Below are positions 1 through 10,590 of a stretch of 64,000 nucleotides of DNA, piece after piece. The position numbers were made by a program, and so were the translations under genes. The stretch lies in contig NIVC01000692.1 of the NCBI GenBank assembly GCA_002269645.1, forward strand, positions 180,187 through 244,186, in the 5' to 3' direction. Each line of letters begins with the position of its first letter. Positions within the stretch are counted from its first letter, which is position 1. Origin of the DNA: Macrostomum lignano (Eukaryota). The notes beneath the pieces are model-generated. The model was not told where the DNA came from and did no database searches. It saw only the letters and a program-made list of their open reading frames with translations.

Positions 1-155
1 ATTCACAGTTTAAGTAAAGGCAAAAGGCAATGTTGAGGCTGAAATATGATGACTTGATGAATGATAAATGAAGGATTATTTATTGAATAAATTAGTCCTT
101 TGTTAATGAGTAATGCAACAATCAATATTGCATGAAGTACTGTTCAATTTTGTAG

Positions 156-1081
156 CTAGGCTTTGTCACCTTGATTTGGCCATGTGGGTTCTGCATGGAG
201 GTGGCTGCAAGCATGCAAGAAAGCCTCAACAGACTTTGTGCCTTTGCAAAGGTGCCTGCCTGTAGAAGTCCTCAAAGTCTGCATTGACTTTGGCATAGCA
301 GGCATGCACTTTCTAGTGCTGGTAGATGAACTGGCCCTGGCAGACTTATGTAACAAGCCATTGCGCATGCTTGGCATATCTTTGGACCAGATCCAGTATC
401 TGGTAGAAATTCAGGGCCCTCCTGCCTTGCCTATTGAGATCCGCATGCCATGTCTCAACTGAGTTGTTGGTCCTAACATAGCATTTGAAGAGGACAAAGA
501 CAGATGTCATCTCAGCCACAGATGGGATTCTACAGCCAGTTGACACACAATCTGCAAGGTCTAAGAGGGCTTGATTGTTTCCTGCAGCAGCTATGTACAT
601 ATTAAAGCCTTCTAGCATGATGTAAGAAGGAAAGCATGGAATGAAAATAATCATTTGCACTACATTCCTAAATTTAGTGGCAGTGTGGTACTGAATCTGG
701 ATTCCTAGTGTCTGGACATGTTAGGAAATTGCTTGGCAATTATGAAAAAAGCAGCCTTTAATTGTGGCACCTGGAAACAATTTGGATTGCCTGCCATGCA
801 GCTGCTTCAAAATCAGAGAGAAATTCAACAGGTGCATTACCAATTGCCTCCTAGAGATGGTGCATAGGTGCTGCTGCTATACTTGCTGACCAGTTTTACT
901 GATTGCAGAGCCAAAAAAACTTATGAATGCCTTGCATGACTTCATATTGTGCAGGTGTGACATGGCTATTGCATTCAAGATGCTGCCAATTGTGGCACAA
1001 GGAGCATTCAATTGCACAATCTTCATTAGTAACTGGTTGCACACATACCATACATGGAAATGCTGCAGTCATTCTGAGCAA
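156..1081 (-). mobile_element. Decayed Mutator/MULE-like transposon relic with a PHD finger
   Basis: ORF 896-1081 gives CMVC...CSLC..WQHLEC...FWLCNQ (PHD C4HC3 pattern, last Cys replaced by a stop). ORF 346-660 contains SVF..RTNNSVETWHADLN, matching the RTNNxxExWH motif C-terminal to MULE transposase cores. Multiple stops; TIRs not identified. Confidence 0.6.
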
Positions 1082-4000
1082 ATTAAAGTAAGCAGCCAGA
1101 TAGAAAAGAATTCAAATGAAATTTATTCAATTCAGACTTGACTCCAAGATTGTTTACATAATAAAGTTAAAGTTTTGACTAATAGTTTGGGTGCCTATGA
1201 GATCAACCTCTAAATTGTAGCCAATAAGAGATGCCTCTTAATAAAGCCTGAAATCTGAAATCTTGTTTTAAAATAATGCATGTTTCATAACAACCATCTG
1301 TGTCTATTGCTAGTAGTATGCATTGGTTACTATTTGAAAGCTATCTGAAACTGAATAGTTGGGCAAATGTAAGGTGGAGAGGTTGAGGTAGGGGGAGATT
1401 AATGAGAGAGCTTCCATTCCCATACCCTATACTCCCCCTCCCTCCAAGCAAATAAGAAATGGGCTTGCTTTGTGGCCACCTTGGTCTGTCACCCTTTTCT
1501 TCTTATAGCACTAATATTAGATATAATTTAATAATAAAAGTTGTCTCCTTAGTAGAAGCAATAAAGCTAACTTGTTAAAAAATTAAAAGCAATGAGAATT
1601 TTATCAAAATTTTAAGTATATCTAAAAATATTAGTTAATTGAAAAGCAGTTTATTTTATTGGCTTTGAATTTTATAAAAACTGTTTATAATAAAACTTAC
1701 CATTTTTTCAATTTCAATAATACAAAAGAACCTATTTTCATATGTCAAATATTGAAGTGTTTTTTCTTTTCTTTCTAGTTTATAGGGTTCATGTTTGCTT
1801 TTCATTTTATGTAATTGCATTTCAAAGTTATTAATTTGCAAAAACTTAAGTTTCACTCAAATTTGCTTTTATATGCATATTGGCAAGTCAAAGGACCCTC
1901 ACTAAAGTCTTTAGCTAAGAAAATAAATGCCAACACTAATAGAAATATATAATACATTTTTAGAAAGCTTAATATCAACATTTGAATATGATTGCAATTT
2001 CTAACAACTTCAACGCATTTCGCACGCCATGGTGCATCGTCAGGATTTTATTAGAATGATTTGAGAAATTGAGATTGAAAGCAATTGATTAAATATTGGT
2101 TTTGCAATGTACACAGGTAAGGAGGGTAAGATTGAAAACAATTGATTACAACTTGGCTTTAACAACATACATAGGTATAGTAGGTAGGAGAGAGAATTAT
2201 AGATTGAGATTGAAAGTTAAACCAAATGTACACAATTCTTGTCCAGTGGTCAAAAGGCAGAATCAGGGGCGGTAGCTTAAGTAATTGAACGTCAAGCTAA
2301 GTGTACACAACGTGCACGACTGTGTCACTCACTGGTCAGAAAATGCAGAGAACGTGACCTGCACCACTATGTTGTAATTGGGTGTTGAGATTCGGGGTCT
2401 AAGCTTTTATGTGCAGGGCCTCGAGAATTCTAAGTTTGGCATCAGTATGGCTTTGGTCAATGATTTTAAAGTGTTCTTCTGGTTTGCAGTCTGGTAATAC
2501 ATTTTTGTTGCCAATATGTTTTATCTAAGGGTCAGACAATTAAATTTTTGAGATCTTCATGATTTATTCTATGCTTTTGAGATAATTGAAATTTGATCAA
2601 GAATTGAGATTAAGCCTAATTAGTATCTAGACCTATTTACACTATTCTATCTATCAGTGCTACTATTATTTTTTTTAAATGTGTAAAATGATGACAATAG
2701 AAAGAAAAACAATTATTATATAATTTAAGCTTGTTAATAGCTTGGTTGATGTATATCAAATATAAATATGATAATATTATAGTCACCAATAATCACAGTC
2801 ACAAAACTTGTTTATGTTGATCAATATCAATATCTTGTTCAACCCCTCGTTTTATCAATCATAGATGTTTTTAAAGCCAACTAGTGCATTAAGCCCCCAT
2901 GGGGTATTCAAATTCAAAATTCAAACATTGAAAGCATGAAAAAAATCTTTGAATATTTGACTCACTTCCAAATCAATTTTTAATTGTTCAAAATTTTATA
3001 TATACTTAGCAACATTGAAAAGTCTCCACTATATGTGTCAGTGAGTAATTTTTCTTGGACTATTCTGAGAAAGAAGATACAAGAAAACTGATTGGGTGGC
3101 TCTAATCCATCTAAAAAACCCTCACACACTGCACCCCCACTTCATTCCTCAACCTAAGCCTGCCATGACATAGCAAGTTGCGTCACTCGCTAAGATAGAG
3201 AGACTACCTGCATTCTCAAAAGGGGCAACCACAGATAGAATCAATAGGCCTGCCTTTGACCTGCTTTTAGCCTTTGACCAATAGGCCTGCATATTTACTT
3301 TTTGTCCAATGAAATACATCTTGACCTAATTGCAACCTATATTTCCAAGTTTGCAAGAATCAGCATCCCCTAAAATTCATGTTCCATAAACAATTCAATG
3401 ATCTATTTTTTCTAAAGCCTCAAATCTGAGCATCAATAAACTTGCAACTGCTCAAGCACCCTTGCCTTTCAATATGTGGCACATAGCCACATATTGTCCT
3501 ATTCTTAATTCCATCCCCTCATTTATGAGCCACAAGCCCACAACCCCTAACACTCTTGAATCTTCAAACTCAAACTTATTAGTCCCTATTCCTTCTAATT
3601 TTATTCTAAAGCCTTCTCAAATCCTTACAAAATATGCTCAATTGTTGCACCTTTAATCTCTCTGCCTTTCCTCAGCGCATAATTATCCCCAACTCTTTCC
3701 CTTTATTTATGAGCCACAACACCTGCATCAATGCTCAACTCTTAGTCTTGACTTGTTTCAAATCTTTGTACTATATCAAAGTGACTATTTGGTATTCAGA
3801 TTGTCAATTTCCTGATTCCAATTCAAATTAAATATTTAGTTGATTCAATTCAATTCCAAATATTCCAAATATTTGTCCCATCTCTATATTGGCATAACTT
3901 GGTCATCTAATAAGATTTGTTATCCAAATATCTCTAAAGCAACTATATTTCCCAGATCTAAACTGTAAATTTATGTTGCTGATAAAAAATTTCTGGATTT

Positions 4001-4386
4001 CATGGGAGAATATATCCCCAATGCATGATGCAGAAATAGTGATAATTCAGGTGATATTATTCTGGCACCTTCCTAGCTTAGCCTAGCCCTAATTCATTTT
4101 CTGCTTCAGAGAAAAGTTGTCCGTGTATACTTGCTAAAATATTAGAATAGGAGCTATGACTAATGGCTCTATGAAAATATCTATTAAGATACACGGACAG
4201 ATGATATTCTTATTTTATTGACTTATATTCGAACTGGAAATTTAATTGATCAAAAATTTAAATGACGGGATTCCACTAACTGAGACTTGCTGTGTTCGTC
4301 CTGCGTAGTGGGGGTCAATTTTTCTAATCCCAGAACAACTAATAATACTATTGCTGCTCACACAGAACGCAGTACTAACAGACACC

Positions 4387-7300
4387 ATGGCACAAAGCCA
4401 GCTGCAGCAGGACCAAGCTGACACTGCAGCTGTCAGTGCCAGCCACGCCAATCTGCACTTCTGGCAACGAGTTGCCGCCTCCTCAATAGGCGGCGTTGCC
4501 ACTTCTCTGACCATGACACCATTCGACGTTGTTAAAACTCGAATGCAAGCTCAGGCTAGGCCAAAACAGTTTGGCAGTGGGAATTGTTTTCTATATTGCA
4601 ATGGCCTGATGGATCATCTGTGCATGTGCGCGCCAGAGACTGACAAATCTGTGCCCTGGTATCGCAAGCCTGGCGCCGCCAAGTTCACCTCTCCTTTGGT
4701 GAGATTGTGCGCACCTGGGCTTCAATCTTTAATTGCAATCATACAAATAGTTGCTACGATTAAATTACAGAGCTACAGAGTACAGAGTTTTTCGCCATTC
4801 CGATGCTATTCTACTCAATTAAAATGTCATTCTCCCTCATTCCAATGCCATTCTACTCCATTCCAATGCCATTCTAATCCATTCCAATGCCATTCTACTT
4901 CATTCCAGTGCCATTCTACTCCATTCCAATGCCATTCTACTCCATTCCAATGCCATTCTACTCCATTCCAATGCCATTCTACTTCCTTCCAATGCCATTC
5001 TACTCCATTCCAATGCCATTCTACTCCATTCCAATGCCTTTCTACTCCATTCCAATGCCATTCTACTCCATTCCAATGCCATTCTACTTCCTTCCAATGC
5101 CATTCTACTCCATTCCAATGCCATTCTACTCCATTCCAATGCCTTTCTACTCCATTCCAATGCCATTCTACTCCATTCCAATGCCATTCTACTTCCTTCC
5201 AATGCCATTCTACTCCATTCCAATGCCATTCTACTTCATTCCAATGCCATTATACCCCATTCCAGTGCTATTCTACTTCATTCCAATGCCATTCTACTTC
5301 ATTCCAGTGCCATTCTACTTCATTCCAATGCCATTCTACTTCATTCCAGTGCCATTCTACTTCATTCCAATGCCATTCTACTTCATTCCAATGCCATTCT
5401 ACTTCATTCCAATGCCATTCTACTTCATTCCAGTGCCATTCTACTTCATTCCAATGCCATTCTACTTCCTTCCAGTGCCATTCTACTTCATTCCAATGCC
5501 ATTCTACTTCATTCCAGTGCCATTCTACTTCATTCCAATGCCATTCTACTTCATTCCAGTGCCATTCTACTTCATTCCAATGTTGGCAAAATTTAAAATA
5601 CAGGTGTCTGCATCGACTTCAAAGAATATCTTGATTAATACATGCGATCAGTCGTCTTTGTAATCTTTAATTAATTTTTGATGCTCTACTTTGGCTGGGC
5701 TATGAACATCAATCGAATGTGTTCAGTGCCCGGTTTTTCTCTAACTCCAAATCTTTGCCAATCTCACCCAGGACGCACTGCTGAAAATAGTCCGACACGA
5801 GGGCCCCCAGTCACTCTATTCGGGCCTATCCGCCACGTTAATCCTGGCCATACCCAGCACCGTAATCTACTTCACTAGCATGGATCTGTTGAAAGCCGGT
5901 CTCGGCTATCGGCCGCCTAACGACACGGCTGGCAAGGCCTGGGTGCCGCCTGTAGCCGCCGTATCTGCTCGTCTGGTGTCTGTGATGTGTATGTCGCCGC
6001 TGGAACTGGTCCGCACTAGTATGCAGGCAAGTCTTGAGCTGTAACAACAGGAGACGAAAGCGGGCACTGTACATTCGGGCGATAGGACAGGTAACAGACA
6101 GGTGGACAGACAGATCAAATAGATGGACACAGACAGGCGGACAGACAGATCAAATAGGTGGACACAGACAGGCGGACAGACAGATCAAATAGATGGACAC
6201 AGACAGCCGGACAGACAGATCAAATAGGTGGACACAGACAGGCGGACAGACAGATCAAATAGATAAACACAGACAGGCGGATAGTCAGATCAAATAGGTG
6301 GACACAGACAGGTGGACAGACAGATCAAATAGGTGGACACAGACAGGTGGACAGACAGATCAAATAGGTGGACACAGACAGGTGGACAGACAGATCAAAT
6401 AGGTGGACACAGACAGGCGGATAGTCAGATCAAATAGATGGACACAGACAGGCGGACAGACAGATCAAATAGGTGGACACAGACAGGCGGACAGACAGAT
6501 CAAATAGGTGGACACAGACAGGCGGACAGACAGATCAAATAGGTGGACACAGACAGGCGGACAGACAGATCAAATAGGTGGACACAGACAGGCGGACAGA
6601 CAGATCAAATAGGTGGACACAGACAGGCGGACAGACAGATCAAATAGGTGGACACAGACAGGCGGACAGACAGATCAAATAGATGGACACAGACAGGCGG
6701 ACAGACAGATCAAATAGGTGGACACAGACAGGCGGACAGACAGATCAAATAGATGGACACAGACAGGCGGACAGACAGATCAAATAGATGGACACAGACA
6801 GGCGGACAGACAGATCAAATAGGTGGACACAGACAGGCGGACAGACAGATCAAATAGATGGACACAGACAGGCGGACAGACAGATCAAATAGGTGGACAC
6901 AGACAGGCGGACAGACAGATCAAATAGGTGGACACAGACAGGCGGACAGACAGATCAAATAGATGGACACAGACAGGCGGACAGACAGATCAAATAGGTG
7001 GACACAGACAGGCGGACAGACAGATCAAATAGATGGACACAGACAGGCGGACAGACAGATCAAATAGATGGACACAGACAGGCGGACAGACAGATCAAAT
7101 AGATGGACACAGACAGGCGGATAGACAGATCAAATAGATGGACACAGACAGGCGGACAGACAGATCAAATAGGTGGACACAGACAGGCGGACAGACAGAT
7201 CAAATAGGTGGACACAGACAGGCGGACAGACAGATCAAATAGGTGGACACAGACAGGCGGACAGACAGATCAAATAGGTGGACACAGACAGGCGGACAGA

Positions 7301-8039
7301 CAGATCAAATAGGTGGACACAGACAGGCGGACAGACAGATCAAATAGGTGGACACAGACAGGCGGACAGACAGACGAATTGGCTGGAGTTGCAACTCCTA
7401 CTGTTTTGTTCCGCAGCTCAGAGCTGCTACCCTGTCTATCACAGCGTTTGCGTACTAACCGCGGCCAGCTTTGCTTAACTCACATAACCGAAATCCCCCT
7501 AACCGCAATGGCCGCAGACTCAGCGCACCGACTGGTCAGTTGTGCTCCGCTCGGCAAGCGCCGAGGTTCGCGCGCACGGTCTGTTCAGCCTGTGGCGCGG
7601 CGCCGTGCCAACTTTATTACGCGACGTGCCATTCTCGGCCATCTATTGGCTGACATTCGATTCGGCCAGAACGGCGCGTCTCCGCTCGGCCGGAGCCGAT
7701 TCGCTGTCCTTGACAGAGGCGGCCGGCCTCGGCGGCCTGGCGGGCCTGATCGCGGGCCTGGCCACTCTGCCATTTGACGTGGTGAAAACGCACAAACAGA
7801 TGGAGCTGGGCGTCAGGGCCGCCGCCGAGGCCAGCGCGGCCAATGCCGCAGGCAATAGCTCAGTGTGGAAAGCGATGCGTGACCTGGTTAAACGAGGCGG
7901 ATTGGCCGCCCTGTTCACCGGAGTGACGCCTCGCCTACTTAAAGTAGTGCCCGCGTCCGCTATTATGGTTGGCTCGTTCGAGTGCTTGAAAAATTATTTT
8001 GCCAAAATGAATGCCACGGCTGGCGGGACCTTATTGTAG
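4387..8039 (+). CDS. SLC25A40: Mitochondrial carrier, SLC25A39/SLC25A40 family (glutathione transporter-like), about 362 aa
   Basis: Exons 4387-4698, 5772-6026, 7518-8039 join in frame (1089 nt). Three carrier signatures: TPFDVVKTRMQ, SPLELVRTSMQ, LPFDVVKTHKQ. Family-specific CFLYCNGLMDHLCMC loop and LWRGxxPTLLRDVPFS. SLC25A39 vs SLC25A40 cannot be separated by eye. Confidence 0.9.
4830..5580. repeat. 21-bp minisatellite in SLC25 intron 1
   Basis: Unit TTCCAATGCCATTCTACTCCA repeated about 35 times; generates the spurious FQCHSTP, MPFYSIP and MALEWSR ORFs. Confidence 0.95.
6090..7375. repeat. 35-bp minisatellite in SLC25 intron 2
   Basis: Unit GTGGACACAGACAGGCGGACAGACAGATCAAATAG, about 36 copies. 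Confidence 0.95.
7425..7479. repeat. Short copy of a dispersed element (both ends of the 27865-28455 element juxtaposed)
   Basis: TGCTACCCT(GTCT)ATCACAGC matches 27865-27881. GTACTAACCGCGGCCAGCTTTGCTTAAC matches 28428-28455 with 2 mismatches. Confidence 0.6.
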
Positions 8040-8190
8040 TCATTTATATATACTAGTATCTACTATCCTTATGTAGTTACAGTTACTCTAGAGCTGCTCG
8101 GATAATTTGAATAGAAAATGAGCACATCTGCAGAGAACAATAGGAAAGTCTATTACTTAATAGGTAGCAGAAAAAAATAGTGCAGAAGCC

Positions 8191-8196
8191 AATAAA
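8191..8196 (+). terminator. Candidate polyadenylation signal of the SLC25 gene
   Basis: AATAAA about 150 nt after the stop codon. Confidence 0.4.
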
Positions 8197-8624
8197 TTTA
8201 CGTGGATATCTGGTTTTTTTCGCTAGACTTGAAAAGATAAAGTCCAATTTAGGAATGCAATATTCAGGTGAATTGGAAAGACCCTGTAAATCGCATGTTT
8301 TTAGGTATAATCGAAAATTAATTTCAACGGCTTTTGCGTTTAGCTAGTTCTGTTGCTAGATAAATTCTACCAGCATTTGATTGCTAATAGTAGCTAATTT
8401 TATGTTATGCCAAATTATATCAATCACGGCACGCAAGCTTAACTAGCTACGGTTGCAATATAATTATTAATTTGCTAACCCAAAGCTTGTGGAATTGATT
8501 TTAGAAAGGCATTTGATGTTTATTTTTCATTATCATGTCGGGTATTTTGTAGACTATTTTTCATTTTTATCCTCATTTTAGCGATCATCTTTCATTTCTC
8601 GCCTTTGATTTCGCGATATAAATT

Positions 8625-8658
8625 TCTAATCTAATCTAATCTAATCTAATCTAATCTA
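8625..8658. repeat. (TCTAA)n microsatellite
   Basis: About 7 units directly abutting the left end of the MITE at 8659. Confidence 0.9.
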
Positions 8659-9371
8659 GTGATCGTTTTGGCACTACTTTCTGCAGCAGCATCTGAATTG
8701 CCTAAAGCAGCAGGTAGTTTAAAGAAAAACTATCAATGGTCTAGATGAGTGTTGATTTTTTTCTCTAGCACTTTTATTAACCGAGTTATGGCCCATCACG
8801 TGGTGATATCTATGGCCATAAATTGCAATTTCACTAGCTGCGGGTGACAGATTGCAGTCTAAAGCCGCAAATTGCAGCATCAAATCTCAGTCTACCCTGC
8901 AATCCCTCTGCTTAATCAGTCTTTAAGCAAATAAGTTCAACAATTGGCACAAGTTAACCATTCAGTATGCTAAATTTTGCTAAAAACACAAGATGGCATT
9001 AACTTCAATGAAAGACCTCAAACCAACAGTGCGTGGCGTCATTCGCTTCTGGATTGACAGCGGACGCACAAATGTGGCTGAAATGCTGCAGAGCTTGTTG
9101 CGACATATGGAGATGTTTGAAGAACAGTTGTGTCCCCGTTTGACCCTTGACCCTCCAATCCTAGTGGCTTTGAACTTTTATCTTTCAGCAGCTGGTGAAA
9201 ATCGCAATTTATGTCCGTGGATATCACCACGTGATGGGCCGTAACTCAGTTAATAAAAGTGCTAGAGAAAAAAATCAACACTCATCTAGACCATTGATAG
9301 TTTTTCTTTAAACTACCTGCTGCTTTAGGCAGTTCGGATGCTGTTGTGGAAAGTAGTGCCAAAACGATCAC
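8659..9371. mobile_element. Non-autonomous TIR element (MITE), TA-flanked, possibly Tc1/mariner-derived
   Basis: About 152-bp inverted repeats (8659-8810 vs 9220-9371, few mismatches); TA on both sides (8657-8658, 9372-9373). Confidence 0.85.
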
Positions 9372-9659
9372 TATCCCAGCTAGCAACCTTTTTGTAATTA
9401 ATATCTTTTGAATTGTTTCACGACTTGTTTTTTCCTGTTTGTTATTATTATTCTTCAGAAATCGTGTCAGACTTGATTGTCCAGCGTTCGTGCTGCATAT
9501 TCTTAGAACTAAATGCTTCCACTGCTCTTGAATACACGAGTTTGAAGCGGTTGCTTCACATTGTTACATTTTCTTGCATCTTAAATGACTTCCGTGGAAT
9601 AGATATCGAATTTTAATGCTTCATCAGATTTGAAATATCATATGGGGTTAGAATCTGTT

Positions 9660-10330
9660 ATAAGGAATTAAAATGTAGGCTATGGGATTCGAATGTGGGA
9701 TTAGGGATTTGAATGTGGGGTTAGGGATTAGAATGTGGGATTAGGGATTAGAATGTGGCAATAGGAATTAGAATGTAGGATTTAGTTTTTAGAATGTGGA
9801 ATTAGAGATTAGAATGTGGGATTAGGGATTAGATTGGGGTATTGGGGATTAGACTGGGGTATTAGGGATTAGACTGGGGTATTAGGGATTAGACTGGGGT
9901 ATTAGGGATTAGACTGGGGTATTAGGGATTAGACTGGGGTATTAGGGATTAGACTGGGGTATTAGGGATTAGACTGGGGTATTAGGGATTAGATTGGGGT
10001 ATTGGGGATTAGACTGGGGTATTAGGGATTAGACTGGGGTATTAGGGGTTAGACTGGGGTATTAGGAATTTGACTGGGGTATTAGGAATTAGAATGTGGG
10101 ATTAAAGATTAGAATTATTAGAATGATTAGGGATTAGACTGTGGTATTAAGAATTACTGTAGAATGTGCGATTAAGAATTAGAATGTGGGATTAGGGATT
10201 AGAATGTGGGTTTAAGGATTAGAATTCGGGATTAAGGATTAGAATGTTGGATTTTAGAATGTTGTACCAGGGATTAGACTTTGGGTTGAGTATTTTGCAT
10301 GTGGGCTTTGGGATTAGTATGCTGTGCTGT
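9660..10330. repeat. 20-bp G-rich minisatellite containing TTAGGG
   Basis: Core unit GGGATTAGACTGGGGTATTA (about 9830-10090) with degenerate flanking units. Confidence 0.9.
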
Positions 10331-10590
10331 GGATTAGGAAGTAAGATTTCGAATTAGTAAAGAGCTTCCGGACTAGACTGATGAGGCAAATCACAAAGCA
10401 TTGCCCTCCCCCAATGCCGCTCTTCCGCATTGCTGCGCAGCCAGCTCGCCGCCGCTGTGGCGCGGAACAGGCCCTCCTGGCTCTGGCAAAGTCATCTGCT
10501 TTTTGACTCCCTAATCCATAATTGGCCAGCAGAAAGCGGGTAGTTGCAGACTACTTATTGTTGGTTTTAACAAAGCCATCTGTGTGCACA

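Noticed and set aside
4887-5663. Long ORFs with 7-aa repeats on both strands
   Set aside because: By-products of a stop-free 21-bp minisatellite inside a well-defined intron.
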